DNA of 64,000 bases, from the NCBI GenBank assembly GCA_010015585.1, contig ML975156.1. The stretch is one strand, 5' to 3'. The notes beneath the pieces are model-generated. The model ran no database searches and was not told the origin of the DNA. It was given only the letters and a program-made list of their open reading frames with translations. Positions 41,538 through 55,658 of this stretch are shown one piece after another; the stretch's first letter is position 1, and every line of letters begins with the position of its first letter. Source of the DNA: Eremomyces bilateralis CBS 781.70. Taxonomy: Eukaryota. The position numbers were made by a program, and so were the translations under genes.

Positions 41538-42068
41538 CGCCACCAGGAATCAAATATTCGAGGACCTTACTATCCAATACAGTATCCTGAGTTCAGCAGC
41601 AACTGTTCTAGCTTTTGAGTTGTGCAAATTGTGCGGTGCTGCGCATGGGGTTTCAAGTTGAGGTGCGGATGAGGTTCTGTTGTCGCGTTTGTTTACTCAA
41701 GTGAAGGGCTCCAGCAACGGCGCTTCTGATTGGTCCCCAAACATCGGTAGGGTATTCTGATTCTCAGCCAAGGCCTTAAGGCAATAAGGCATATATTCAA
41801 ATTCCGATCTTCACATGTTCTGTTTTATTATAGGCTATTTACATGTGAACTGAAGAGTTGGATGGATGGGAGTTACTGGAGTGATGGTTGGCAGGACGAA
41901 AAGTAGGTATAATTTAACTGATGAAAATCCGATTGCCGCTATCCTCAGTTACAAGTGCTTTCATAAGAGTACAGTAGCGGCAACCAGAGTGCCATTCCAT
42001 ACATGTAACCAACTCCCAACACCAGCAATTGCACACGGTGTTCTAAAATACATAGACAAACGGTTTTC

Positions 42069-43409
42069 TCATGCACCCACCGCCGCCTCGGTGACCGTGC
42101 CACTCTCCGACGTATCCTGCTCTTTCTTCTCGCCATTAACCGCCGGCGACGGCTTCGACGCCGCCATCTGCCACGCGGGAATTGCGGCCTTCCCGTTGGT
42201 CCCGAACCTCCCATAAGGGCTTTGAGTCTGGGCGCGGTCTGCAACGTTGGAGCTGGATGAACCTGTGGCTTGAGCTTCTCCAGTAACGGATGCTGAGCCG
42301 TTGGTCGCTGCGGTCGGTGTTGCCGCCGTAGGAGTGGCTGTAGGGGTAACTGCAGGGGTAATCGTAGGCGATGCGGTGTTCGCCGCTCCATCAACTGGTC
42401 CTTGCACGCCGTACACTGCTGGGGTAACCCCCGAGAGTGGTCGCTGATGTCCAGGAGCAGCTTGGGCAGATCCCATCCGGTTGCCGATTAAGGTCTTCAG
42501 GCTCTTCAATTCCTGGCCCAGTTCTCTTAGTCGCCCGTCGGCGCTTTCCTTCTGAGCATCCATTGCCCGCGGAAGCTGATCCCGCAGTCCCCGGATCTCA
42601 TCTGCCGTGCGGCGCGCATCATCGTTGCGGCGGCGGTCGGCCTCGGTCAACTCCTTGATGACCGAGTCGAGATTGTCGAGGGCGCTGTCCAGACGATTTG
42701 TTCGGGCTTCTTCGGAGGATTTCAGGGAGGCGGTATCAGTTGCGAGTTGGTCGAGGAGGGCGAATGCGCGAGCGAACTGTTCGTCGATGGCAGCTTTGTC
42801 CTGCTCGACTTGAGGTGGTGTGGGTGGTTTGATTAATGGGACGAGATATCGCTGGCGATGTGTTAACGATAGATCTTCTCGGAAAAGGAAGGATGGCGAA
42901 CCTTTGCGGTGAAGTAGAGCCCGTAGCTAACACCTCCTACTACGGTCGCCATGATGAACCAATCTCGCCAGTCGCGCCGAGGCACTCTGTTCATATGTCA
43001 ATCTCGCGTCGTTCATAACAAATCTGTGGCCACCTACTCTGGGGGAGGTTGTTGCTGTGGCCACGTCGGAGGATACCCATATCCTTGGGGCGGCTGTCTA
43101 TAATTGTATCCTGTAGGAGGTGCTGTTGCTACCGCACCAGCTGGAGCAGGGCCACTCCCTGATCTCGCTAAGGCTACATCGACCTCATCTTTGGTGAGGT
43201 TTTTCGATTCGAGAAACGCGAGCTTCTTCTCGATGGGCGCGTTTGCGACCGATGGGTCCTGGAGAACTAGAGGGTTGTTAGTAAATTCGAGAAACATCGG
43301 AACCGTTTTCATGTCATACAGGTGACCTATGCAGTGGTTAGTTGAGTGATCTCTCATCCCTAGGTGTTCGATGACGAACCGCTGAGTTGACCAGGTCTTC
43401 GCGGACCAT
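42069..43409 (-). CDS. PEX14: Peroxisomal membrane anchor Pex14
   Basis: MVREDLVNSA..FLQDPSVANAPIEKKLAFLESKNLTKDEV (Pex14_N), RDWRDWFIMAT TM segment, coiled coil, IPAWQMA. Confidence 0.94.
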
Positions 43410-45058
43410 TTTGGCGGATTGAAGTGAGCGCTCTCTCACCACTACGTCCGCTGTATCCCCTACTCTTTCATAGATGATGGAAAAGTAAGATCGCAAAGAG
43501 TGCCTTGAATGTTACAAATTCCAGAATCGCCATCGGCACGATGTCTACGGACCGAACCCTTCCTTGAAGCCACCATTCGGCATGGGGAACCTCGGCAGCG
43601 GCGGCCTTCGTACCCCGTGACCCCAGCCACCTCGTCGGCCTTGCCAATGTCACATGACCGGCCAACCGCCGATTTTCGGCTGACTAAGGAATCCTGTGTA
43701 AGCTATTGTTCACGTATCACGATGCTTCCACCCTCCACTCAGCATCTCCCTCCTCTCCATCCTCCAGACAGTCTAAAGGCTTAGTATTGGTGTATCAGCT
43801 CTTCGATATTTCGGTCTTTTGAAATTGCCAAGAATCGATCCATCCTCAGAAGCCCAGCCGGTAACATTCACGTGGCACCTTGCAACAACCCATTCGGCAG
43901 CTCGGCGCGTCACAGTAGACGTGTCACATCATGGACATGCTCAAAGACCTGGACCCGCTGAATGAACTTCCTCAATAGAAATAATGACATTGCCTGCTCT
44001 GGTGGCACGTATTCATACGGGTTGTGCGATTTTGACCAAATGATTTGATTCTTGGAATGCATCTCCCATTGAATGTCCCTCAATTCGTAATGTCCAATTT
44101 AGACTAGATACTACACATGTCATCCATTATCTTAGGTTCCCCCATCTTTTTTATTAATATTATTTCTCTTGTCGGTCCTTTCTTTTCTCTTAGTGTTTGG
44201 GGTATTCCTTTCCTTTTCTCACGTCACTAGAGTCTCGCTTCGTTCCAGCTTGAATCTGAAACCCGAAGAGCCTCAAACGTGCGGTTAAAGTCATGCACCA
44301 CAGAATTTCGGAATCTCGTCCATCCGGTCAAAGCATTTCTCCTCGACCAGTAGTATGGCGGGACTTCTTACATGCGTTTCTCACATCCGTTCGGGCTTCC
44401 GACGCGTTCTGTTCGGGACGCCGTTTCGGAGCTGTGATACTCTTCAGCTAGGAGCCTTGGCATCCCCAGAGCCGCTCAACTTCGCACCCAGCATCATGCT
44501 TTCTCTCGTCTTCAATTGCGTGTCTTGCCTTCAGCATGGTATACTTTCCCATAGACACGATCTGCATCGAAGAGCTGACAGCATGGTTCTGGGCACGATC
44601 CTGCAATCATAGATTCTGGCCTGAGCAAGCCGATGAATCCCTTGGCTTGTGGGCGGGCCTCTGCCAACACGCAGTACCTAGATTTTTACTTAGAGCACCG
44701 ACTCGTTCCAGGGAGATCTAGCGTTTTCTCACGTACGCTCTGTGTCAAGATATTGATTGATTTTAGTAGAGATCGCCCTGTGCTACCCAGCCTTGTTCTC
44801 GGCACAATGGACGCATGATATACAAAAGGCCTCCGCTGTTCCCTCGATTCTCAAGTAGGCATAGCTTGGCGTAAGGTCTTCTTCCGAGTCCAAAGGTTCA
44901 GTTCTCTATCTCGTGCCGGTCACAGACTCTACCATTCATACTTTCCTTCATTTTATACTCTCCTTCATTTGTACGAGCTGTGCTCGACTGTCCGCTCCTT
45001 TGAAAGTGAGCGTTGTTCCTTTTGCATTTTCTCTTCATTACGCTCTCTTTCGGTCACG

Positions 45059-46725
45059 ATGAAGGGACTTCTCCCTCTCACGACACTTCTCTACGTATCT
45101 TTCGTAGCAGCCAACCCGCTGCCAGGCGACCATGGCCGTAAGCATCAAAATACTTGTCTATCAACCTTCTCTAACACTGGTCAAGGCATCGCCGATCTAC
45201 AATCTCGAGGACAGCCCTTAAAGCAGATTAGGGACCAACCCAATATAGCCCGCCGATCCACTGGCCTCGCCTTCGCCAAACGCGGCCGGAATACTAAGGA
45301 TGCCGAAGATTCTGCCGATGCTGCCACCGAGGAAGCCGCTATTGCAGCATTAGAGGGCAATCAAGCAGATCCTGAAGCCGCTGCCGCTCCGGCATGCGCT
45401 GCGGCCCCAGCCGATGCCACCGCCGATGCCACCGCCGCCGCAGCCAACGATCCCGCCGTTATATCACCTGCCGCCCCGGAAGGTGCCGTTAACAGGGCAG
45501 AGGTCCACAAACCTGGCGCTCAAGCCGGTGTCGCTCCTGCAAAAGTTGTTATCCCGGCCAACGGTGCCGAAGATGCTGCCGATGTAGCCGCCGAGGAAGC
45601 CGCTATTGCAGCATTGGAGAGCCATGAAGCAAATACCCAAGCCGGTGCCGCTCCGACAATCGTTGCAACCCCAGCCGATATCACCGGCGTCGCAGCCAAA
45701 GACCCCGCCGTTACATCACCTGCCGCCGCGGAAGATGCCATTGGCGGGGCTGGGATCCACGAAGCTGGCGCTCAAGCCGGCGTCGCTCCTGCAGACATTG
45801 CTGCCCCCGCCAACGGCGCCGACATTGCGGGTAACGACACAGCCGTTGCAGCCCCAGACGCTGCAGGCAATGACACTGCTGTTGCAGCCCCGGCCGCTGC
45901 AGGAAATGACACTTCTGTTGCAGACCCAGCCGCTGCAGGAAATGATACTGCTGTTGCAGACCCAGCCGCTGCAGGAAATGATACTGCTGTTGCAGACCCA
46001 GCCGCTGCAGGAAATGATACTGCTGTTGCAGACCCAGCCGCTGCAGGAAATGATACTGCTGTTGCAGCACCGGCCGCTGCAGGCAACGACACCGCTGTCC
46101 CTGGAGGTAACGGCAAGGGAAACGGGAAAGGGAGAACTAAGGGAAAGGGGAATGAGAAGGGCAATACGGGTAAAGGAAATGGAGGGAATGGGAATGGGAA
46201 TGGGAATGCTGCTAAGGGCAAAGGCAAAGCTGCTGCGGCTACGGGAGCAGATGCCGGTGGCGACGGAAATGGTATCCAACGGCTAACTGCGATAGCGCAG
46301 AGTCTTGGGATTCTGAAGCGGGATCCGGAGCCGGAACCGCAGCTTACCGAGATTCTTGGCCAGATCTTGGGGAAGGGGAAAGGCAACAGTGCGAAGGGCA
46401 ATGGGAAGAATGCGGGAAAGGGTAAAGGCAAGAATGCGGCTCAGAACGTGGGAAAGCAGGCGAAGGGGAAGAAGGCTACAGCCAAGAACGGGAAAGGCAA
46501 AGCTGCAGTTGCTTGTACTGGTGAGTTTGGCATACTGTTTGACTCCACTTTATCCTGGAGCATCTGCTAATGTGTCCTATAGCTGCCGCACCAGCTGGAA
46601 CTGGTGCTGCCGTGGCAGCTCAAGCCACTGGCGGAGCTGCTGCTGCGGAGAATGCGACTGTCGCGGATACTAGCTTCCGTCGACGCGATCGTCGTGTCCG
46701 ACGAGCAATGGAACCCCGAGATTAG
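45059..46725 (+). CDS. Secreted Ala/Gly/Lys-rich repetitive (cell-surface-type) protein
   Basis: Signal peptide MKGLLPLTTLLYVSFVAA, KR dibasic sites, internal repeats, GKGN low-complexity region; intron 46521-46582; stop TAG 46723-46725. Confidence 0.75.
45820..46100 (+). repeat. Coding tandem repeat of 36 bp (DPAAAGNDTAVA), about 7-8 copies
   Basis: gacccagccgctgcaggaaatgatactgctgttgca repeated nearly perfectly. Confidence 0.95.
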
Positions 46726-47188
46726 AGGAATTGGACGTAAAAATAGGGGTTGGTTGTAAAGGTATAACGTTGTTCGGTGCATAGGAAGCCAGTATGACCT
46801 ACCGGCAGCCCTTGGTCGGAGTCTTTTCCTACTTTATGTCATCTCCTGCGGTATAAATTCAACTTGACACGACTATCAGAATATATAGAGGTCAATCATA
46901 AACATATTGGCAATCAACCATCACTACCTGTTCGTCATACAAGTACACTACATGTGCTATGCGTTTCCTTAGACTCTATATTTCTCACTCAGATATGACT
47001 TTGGCGAAGGTGGTTGAAACTAAATCGCCCTGGGGCACAGATGGTTCCTGTAGAGCACATTACGGCGCGACCTCAAGGCCATAAGTTGACAATTCATCCT
47101 ATCTTCAATTTACATCATTTTAAATGAGCCCAATCCGAAACCCCAGTGTCGGAGCATCGTGCAGCTGGGCACCACCATCGAGCGAAGC

Positions 47189-48556
47189 TTAGAAGATACC
47201 TAAGATATTCGGCGGACTTGCGACTCCCCCCGGGACCTGTGGTTGAATGTCAGCAAAAGCCTTTTGTAAGCTTTCGGGACGGACTTACATTGCAAACCTC
47301 GCTCGTCACGAAGAACGAATACCGATTTAGCTTCTTGCACTGTTCCGCAAGCGCCTCTAGGTCGAACAATTCCCCAATCGGACATCCCCAGCCGCCTAGG
47401 AGCACTTCATGCATTGCGTAATCTTTCTGCGTGGCTAATACCAGGGCTAGTTAGCTATGTCCAGGCGCTTACAAGTCGACAAAATGTTACTTACGCCAGC
47501 ATTCAAACGAAGGCTGGTCGCCTGCCACGGCTGAGAAGTGATTCCAGATCCACTCCAGCACTTCTTCGCTCTGCTGGACTCCCGAGAAGGTCGGTGGGCT
47601 GGGCCTAGCCGCGAGCTGCTTTACCTCATCCGTCGATAGCTTGTTGTACGAAGCCATGTAGCCTGTCAGTCGTATTAGCAGGGGATTGAATTGACAAGTG
47701 AACGGCAGATATTACCAGAGCGGATGATCAAGATATCGCCGAACTTGATCTCGACACCCTGCGCTTCCGCGACCTTTTTCAACTGATCCAAGGTGATATT
47801 CCCTCGCTCGAACGGGTTGTATTCGACGTTGTTCTCCAATCGCCAGCTATGGAAGTCGAGGAGCACGCCTCGTCCGACGATGCCCTTTTCCGCCCAGGCT
47901 GAATTTACCATAAGAAACGGCTAGATTAGATGATGAAGGGGAGTTACCATGAATTCCGAGAACATCACTCTTGTGCTCTCCATGGATGTCATCCATCGTC
48001 ACGCCGTTGTAGAACTTCTCCTCCTTCTGGTATCCAAAGTGGCGGAGTCCATCCCCTACACTGAATCAGTGGATGCAATGCGTCCGGTTATAGGTGTATG
48101 TGGACGTACATTGGCTGCTGCTTTGCGTATTAAATGACCATGTATCATCATTGACAATTCTTGTCCCCTTTTGATAGACGTCCTTGTGGAATGCCTGACG
48201 GCCGAAGAATGGAACCTCACTTTGGGCATCCAGAGGCCAGTTCATTGAGACCCTAGGTACTCTGTTACCAGGCTGCCGAGAATGATAGACCGACATCGCA
48301 CGAAAAGCATTGTGGCAGTTTTAAAGGGGTGGTAATGGTTACCTTGTCCCGGTCTGAATTTCCTTGGAGGCTTCCCGGACTACTTCGTCAGTCAGACGGT
48401 TGAGTGTGCCAAGCTGATCGTTGGAGCCGTATCTATAAATATGCCTTAGATATGTCCAGACTCTTGAATGGTAGGGTGTTCATACAGTCCCCATGCGGAC
48501 CAAAAAGGGTCCCCCTTTCGTAGGGGTAGTTCTGAGAACTTTGGGATCGGTGACAT
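47189..48556 (-). CDS. Putative cyclase-family (kynurenine formamidase-like) metal-dependent hydrolase, multi-exon
   Basis: SAWGLYG..DQLGTLN, NTQSSSQWDGLRHFGY, GIVGRGVLLDF, GDILIIRSG, LLGGWGCPIGELFDL, PGGVASPPN. Confidence 0.85.
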
Positions 48557-49378
48557 CCTTGACTATGGCTGGTTGAGCAACGTTTAAGGTACTTGACTGT
48601 TCAAAAATATACAAGAGATTTATTATTTGACTTGGAAGAACTCATGGAGAAATAACAGCAGAAAATAGCCTGGTAGGATCGTCATCGCGGAGTCTCTCCG
48701 AGTCCCTCGGTGCAATAACATCAATACGCGGGGCATTGTTCGTCATGGTCAGGAGGGCAGCTAAGTACGGCACCTGCAGCTCTTCTCCCTGTATGTCTGC
48801 GGAGTTGAGATAGACGGAGAGTTGTAGTAATCGGCTCTTGCGGTGGCGAATTCATCAGCATACAGCCGAAAGGTACCTGTATTCATTATTCCACATACAA
48901 TCCCTTTTGAACCTGTCATTTTCGCAGGGACCAGGCTGATTTGCCGTATGGACAAGTGGGGAAAATATCTTTCGGCCCGTCTATCAACAGCTCCAAATGT
49001 TGGTGGTATGGAGGCTGATGAGTCGTTCTCTTCGATTGCTATCTCGGCAGATTTGAGGTTTTAGTGATCGAGGAGGGATCTACCCCTTCTCTTCCCTTTC
49101 CTTTAGCCTTTTCTGTTTTGAATCCCATTTCAAGGTGTAATTGATTTGATGAATTCGATGGAATTCAGCTATACAGTATACATTTGCCGTTCTTCAATGT
49201 GACCGGGGTAGATCATAGCGTCGTATCTGCAAGCATCGAGATGATGCGGATGATGAACCACAAGCTATTAAAGCTTTAAACAACCTCAAAGACCCTCTGT
49301 GCCTTATGACGCTCCACCTCCACCCCGACGCTCCTTTGTTACCTGTCCTAACCGTAGTCAGCATCGATCCGCTGATAT

Positions 49379-50884
49379 ATGTCGCTTCTCCAGCACGCGC
49401 GAACATGTCTCGCTAACCAAGTTGCGAACAAAAGTTACAATGCATTCATTTCCCGCGCGACGGAGGAGCAATTGCTCCGCGTCGTTCCAGATGGAGAAAA
49501 TGCATCTACGCAGCGTATGCGTGCCTCAACTTCCTCTCTAGCTCGCCTGAAATGCTAATGGACCTTTCTAGGCCCGCTAGAAGGCAAATTGATTGCTATC
49601 AAAGACAACATTTGCACCACCGACTTCCCAACCACAGCCGCATCCCGCATCCTTCACGAGTTCCCCTCCCCATACGATGCGACCGTCGTCTCGAAACTCC
49701 GCGACGCCGGCGGTGTCGTCGCGGGGAAGACGAATCTGGACGAGTTTGGGATGGGTTCCCATTCGATTCATTCCCACGTCGGTCCCGTCTCCCAGCCGTC
49801 CTCGATGGAACATGGAGAAGGCCAGCTTTCTGTGGGAGGTAGTTCCGGAGGCAGCGCGCTTGCGGTCGCGACAGACCAGTGTTGGGCATCGCTGGGGACC
49901 GACACGGGCGGTTCGGTGAGGCTTCCTGCAGCATATACTGGGGTGTATGGTTTCAAGCCATCGTACGGGCTGCTCTCGCGATGGGGCGTCCTGGCGTACG
50001 CGAACTCCCTGGATACAGTTGGGATCCTTGCGAAGGACGTCGACTCCGTGAAATCTCTGTTCCATGCCGTCAATGGCTATGACAAGAAAGATCCCACCAG
50101 CCTAGCCGAATCGTCAAGAAGGCGGATCACCGAGCTGGTGGAACAACGGAAGCGATCCGGCCGCTATCGAATCGGTGTGCCAAAAGAATATAATACATCC
50201 GGAATCGATCCGAAGATCAAATCCGCCTGGAGAGCGACCTTGAAAGCGCTACAAAGCAAAGGCCACTCCATCCACCCCGTTTCCCTTCCCGCAACCAAAC
50301 TTGCCCTCCCCGCCTACTACGTTCTCGCCCCTGCCGAAGCTGCCTCCAACCTGGCGAAATACGACGGCGTTCGATACGGCACCCGGTCCTCCGGCCCCGA
50401 CACCAGCGGCGGCGTGCTCTTTTCCCAAACGCGCTCCGAGGGCTTCGGCGACGAGGTGAAGCGGCGGATCTTGCTGGGGAACTACTCGTTGAGCGCCGAG
50501 GCGATCGACAACTATTTCATCCAGGCGCAGAAAGTAAGGCGGCTGGTGCAGCGGGACTTCGATGGGGTGTTTTCGTTGCGGAATTCGCTGGTGGACGAGG
50601 GGGGGGATGGGGAGGGCGAGGGAGAGAGGGTGGATGCGCTGCTGGTGCCGACTGCGCCGACTTTGCCGCCACTGGTTAAGGATGTGAAGCGACAGGATCC
50701 GGTTGCGGCGTATATGAACGATGTGTTCACGGTGCCCACAAGTCTGGCGGGGCTGCCGGCCATCAGCGTGCCGGTCAAGACCGATCATGGCGCCGCACGG
50801 TCACAGATAGGGATGCAAATTATTTCCCAGTATGGCGATGATGAGTTGGTACTGGAGATCGCACAGTGCTTGAGTGAGAGTTGA
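49379..50884 (+). CDS. HER2: Glutamyl-tRNA(Gln) amidotransferase subunit A, mitochondrial (GatA/HER2/QRSL1)
   Basis: [38 protein letters not shown] (amidase signature), [25 protein letters not shown]; intron ~49515-49571. Confidence 0.93.
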
Positions 50885-50996
50885 ATGCCAAGGTCTATTT
50901 TCAAGAATGATGATGATGATGGTGGTGCTACGAATATCAAGTCCTAGACAACTTCAGAACCAGCCACGAGCAGTGGCCAACCATAGGTCGATAGTC

Positions 50997-53515
50997 TTAC
51001 TGGCCGCATACACCTTCTGAATCCTGCTGCCCAGAGCTGCGGAGACAGGATGGGCACTTCGTGCTGACCTCGCAGGTATGGGTGGCATCCAATTCAGTCT
51101 TACACTGCGGTTCGTCGTCGATGGATCGCGTTTCATCAGTTTGGCATCCCATATCTCCGGATGAGGTCAATGGTGTAGAGTCCTTTCCGTCTAACCCATC
51201 GTTCAGGGCTGAGTTGGTATTGTCCTCCCGTGTTTTGCTGCCTTGAACATCGCTGTACTCGTCAGCCTCGTTCCGGGCCTGGTCGAGAGGTCCTTTCGAG
51301 TCTGAATGCAGGCGGAACAACATTCCATACCATGGGCGTGCATGCTGATCACCACTCACTTCGGTAACGTTTAACTCTGGTTCGGCGGTGGTTGCAGTCG
51401 AGGTTGTCGAACTGGCAGCATCGTCCTGATGGTCCTGGTGGTCCTGGTCATCCTGTGTGGCCTGTTCGTCCTGCTTATCCAGCTTGGCCTGCTCATCCAG
51501 TTCGTCCTGCTCGTCCAGATTGTCCAGTTTGGCCTGCTCATCCAGTTCGTCCTGTTCGTCCAGATTGTCCAGCTTGGCCTGCTCGTCCCGCTCGTCCCGC
51601 TCGTCCAACTTGTCCAGCTTGGCCTGCTCGTCCTGCTCGTCCTGCTCGCCCAGCTTGTTCATCTTGGCCTTCTCGCCTAGCTTTGCCAGCTTCTTCAGCT
51701 TCGCCTGCTCGTCCACGAAATTTTCCCAATCCCGCCAGTCCTCCCAATCCCGCAAATCCCGCCAGTCCCGCCAGTCCCGACAGTCTTGACAGATTTGGAA
51801 CTCATGGGCGTCATGCACGGTGTGCCAGTCCTTCCATTCCTGCTCGTCATAGTCGTCATAGTCCTTATACACCTCATATTCCTCCTTCCTGTCACGCTCG
51901 TCCTGCTCGTCATATTCGTCATATTCCTCATGCTCGTCCTGCTCGTCCTGCTCGTCCTGCTCGCCCTGCTCGCCCTGCTTCTCGTGCTCGTCGTGCTTGA
52001 GACATCGATGCAATTCCTCCATCAATTCCTCATCCGACTGGCTCATCTTCAGTGTTCGAAGGGTGCTACGATCATCTTGCGATCCATCATTCGCGGTTTG
52101 TACCGATGTGTCATTGGTGGACGGACGATCGTCTTCAACTGCGTCCTCGGGGTCCTTCATAGTACAGTCTGGGGCGTGGCGTCCGTTTTCAACGTGGAGA
52201 TTGGCTCCTTCAGGTTCACATACGGTACTTTCCACAGATTCCTGTCGGGGGGCGGAAGTATCGAGAGGAGCAGTCAAGACGAATACGGGTGAGTTTCGGC
52301 CGGATTGATGGAAAACACTGACTCCCTCGATAGGCGACGGCTGGGACTCATCCGATTTGGCTACGTAGGCAACCGCGGATGATGGGATGGTGCCCTTAGG
52401 GACATCTTCTGCATGCTGGTCGGTCAGCTTGGCCGTTGCCTCCTCGTCTTCGGGGTCGTCTTCGTGAGCTGTTTGCTGCTCAACCGTCTCCGTCACCTTC
52501 TCTGGTTCTTCCCTAGCAGCAACTTCGAGGTCATGGAAGATCTGGTCTGTGGCTGCGTCCAGTGACAAATGCGGAAGGGGTCGGACTTCTCGTCGACGAC
52601 TCCGACGCGGGGTCTCCGCTGCGTTCGGTTCCAATGGAAATCCGGTGCCTGGCATCGGGGTGATGAAACAATCCGTCCGGAAGGAAGTCGTGGGGCTTTT
52701 AAACTTTGGTTCCCGATCAGCAAAAGCACTGCTGGTACGTGCTTGATGCTCAAGGGCTGGGACCGTATCTTGTGCCTTCTCCGTGGTGTTCGCAGGCTGG
52801 AGTGCATCGGTAAATCCTCGATGCTCATAGTTTGGCGGCTTGTCGTCCAACTCCAGTGATCCGAAAATTTTGTGCTCAGGGCTGCTTCCATTGGCAGTGC
52901 GGTAGATTCGGCTGCTTTCTTGGCTGATCATCGACTCCAAGGAATCGGTGTTGATATCGACATCCATGAGAGGCGCAAGTCTGGGAGGCGCGGCGCGAAT
53001 AGGAATGGGAGATGAACGTGGAATATCTTGCCGCCCCTCGAAGACATCGTCACACATACTCGGGTCTCTTTTGTGACGGCTCCTGCTGAAAGTCGACACA
53101 TGGAGAATTCCGGAGGACCTGTAGACCGGAGGCTGCTCGGCGCTGGTCTCACTCGTGCACGAGCGATCCATGTGCATCAATGGATAACGGTCGCCATGAA
53201 CCGTCCAGTTCAACGCGGAAATATCGCGTCGCTTCTTTGGAGACTGTGAGACGGACCGTTGCACCAGTGACGAAGTGCGACTCGGGATAAAATCATTGTC
53301 CCCGACACTGTCATCACCACTAACAGTATTGGATCAGCGCTCCACGTGAGAAAGTCGATAGGCGGGTCTTACGGGAGGGATGCGTCCTCGGCGGACTTCA
53401 AAGCAACAAAGCTAGAAATGCTTGCACGAGCTCGCACCATTCGACGGGACACACTACTGAGGCTACGGGATACCGACCATCGGCCTTCCCGACGGCGTGG
53501 ACTCTCCGGTTCCAT
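50997..53515 (-). CDS. Hypothetical acidic low-complexity protein
   Basis: 755-codon ORF extended by an upstream exon (ATG 53513-53515, intron 53321-53372, in frame); no recognisable domain. Confidence 0.6.
51420..51995 (-). repeat. Coding repeats: 9-bp DEQ and DWR units and 45-bp EQAKLDNLDEQDELD units
   Basis: tcgtcctgc and tcccgccag repeats are directly visible. Confidence 0.85.
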
Positions 53516-54548
53516 AGTGACACGGTGGCGAGCCGCGAGTGGTTCTCAATCAAGCGCTGGTTCTCAATCAGGACTGAAGAAAAGGAAAGGGTGATCTCAA
53601 TCAAGCATTCACTGATTGTTAAGAAAAGGAAAAGGTGATCTCAATGAAGCATACGTGTGATACTCAGGTTTGAGGAAGCGATGAAGACAGGAAGACGACA
53701 ACAATCTTTAAGTGGAAGTGACAGGAGAGGAAACTGCTCTGGACAACGATCGGTATGACAATCACGAACGATGATTTGGCTTGGATATGCCGAATAAGGA
53801 GGCGCTACATAGAATGAATGCTACTCGTGTAGCACGAGTTACCTTACGCTCTCTCCCCTACCATATCAGGACCGGAGTAAGATTCCTTCCTTTTGCTCAG
53901 TCTCCCCCCTGCCGGTCAAGAATTCTCATGGTGTCCGATGAAAGGAACGCATCGATATTGCCTCTAGGTGCTGTACAGTGATTCTTGGACGAATTATTGA
54001 ACAATAGAGTCGCATTTCGTCGGTATGGACCTCGATGGAAACATGACATCCCATTGACACAGGAGTCACGCACTCCTGCTGACTGGTCTGTTACAAGTTC
54101 GGATCCTGTATAGAGTCGCATGGTTTAGCAGTGATCCTGTCATGAGGAGCAGGGAGTGCAATATTTTGACGCATATCGTTTTTGGACTTCGAGGTGTTCA
54201 AATAAACACGATGAAGTGAACTCATGAGTCAGAACTGATATCAGGTATTAGGGAGACTTTGCAGTTGCTCCACACACTAAACTCCGATCTCCGGCGCTAA
54301 CGGGAATATCTGTATACGGCTTAGCGTATGCTATTTAGGGGGTCATTTCGTGTTTTCATAGACACCTGGATCATAGAGAACGGAGAACGAATTAATCTCA
54401 GTCAATAGTATCGCTCATCGCTTTCCCTTTCACGCGCCGTTCAGTCAGTATCTTCAAATTGGATAGCCCTCGACGTATCCGCTTGTCCACCCGATCTGCA
54501 CCATCTTGCGTGTACCCTCTCCATCGACCCGTCGTCGCGAAGTTTACC

Positions 54549-55658
54549 ATGCCTAAGAAGCAGCACGAGCAGGCGTTCCGCGACATCATCGATACGGGTA
54601 ATTCTCCCTGGCGTTGAGAGGCCGAGATTATGGATCTAACTCATTCTAGCTCGCAAAAGGAAGCATACCGAGGCGTTGGCCCAGAAGATTCTTGGCTCCG
54701 GTGGCCGCCGGACCAGCGCGCCAGGATCCCTCGAGTCCCGCATTGACAAGCCGACGCATTCTCAAAGCATAGGAGGCGCGGTCCAGTCGGGGAGAGTGGG
54801 AAAGGTATCCCGATATCCCAGCTTCATCAGCTATGGTGTATACTGATATCGATGCAGAAAGCCAGACCAACCGCCATCGCGTCGACCGCAGCGTCGAAGC
54901 CCACCGCGCGGCGAGCTCGCGTGCAGAACCTCTACGAAGATGTTATCACAGCCGATAACAGTGCGCTGTCCAACATCGCCAGTGTTCGGCGCACCTCGGA
55001 CGCGATCCAGGTGAAAGGCATGGGATCTCCGAACACGGTCATTGCGAGCAACTTCGCGTATGGTACAACCGCGGCGGACATCGAGTCGGTCCTCCTTGCG
55101 CCAGAGAATGGGATTGATGGACTGTTACGGTGCCGTCTCCTCAGTTCGTCACCGACAGTCATCGCGGAGTTGACGTTCAGCGAGCGCTTCGCCGCCGAGA
55201 GAGTGATTGGGCTGTTCAACAACAAATCGGTAAGTGACAACCGCTGTTGCCGTCGAACGACGACTTAGACCAGTGCATAGGCCGATAACCACATCCTACA
55301 CGTCTACTTCAAAAATGAGCGCCAGCCCCCTGTCAAGGCCCCCGCAGCCAAACCCACTCCCACCCGATCCGCCGCAAAGGTTCTGCGCGGTCCACCGACG
55401 GGACCGAGACGCGATCGAGAGAGAGCCGAGGCCATGGAACTCGACGACCGAACGCCACCGAAGGCTCCCCGGGCGCAGGTGGAGAATCCTCGTCGCGCGC
55501 CGGCCGAGTTCCAGGATGGTCGATACGGGTTCGCGGAGGAGCCGGCGTACAATGAGAGTGGTGGAGGCGCTCGTCGGGGACGCAATTACGGGGGGGGTTC
55601 GTCGGGACTGCGGTCGGATGTGGTCATGTCCGACCGCGATCAGGGCTATCGCCGCTGA
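54549..55658 (+). CDS. Hypothetical protein with an RRM-like domain
   Basis: VIASNFAYGTTAADIES..VIAELTF..AERVIGLFNNK|ADNHILHVY, RG-rich C-terminus; 3 introns inferred. Confidence 0.7.
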
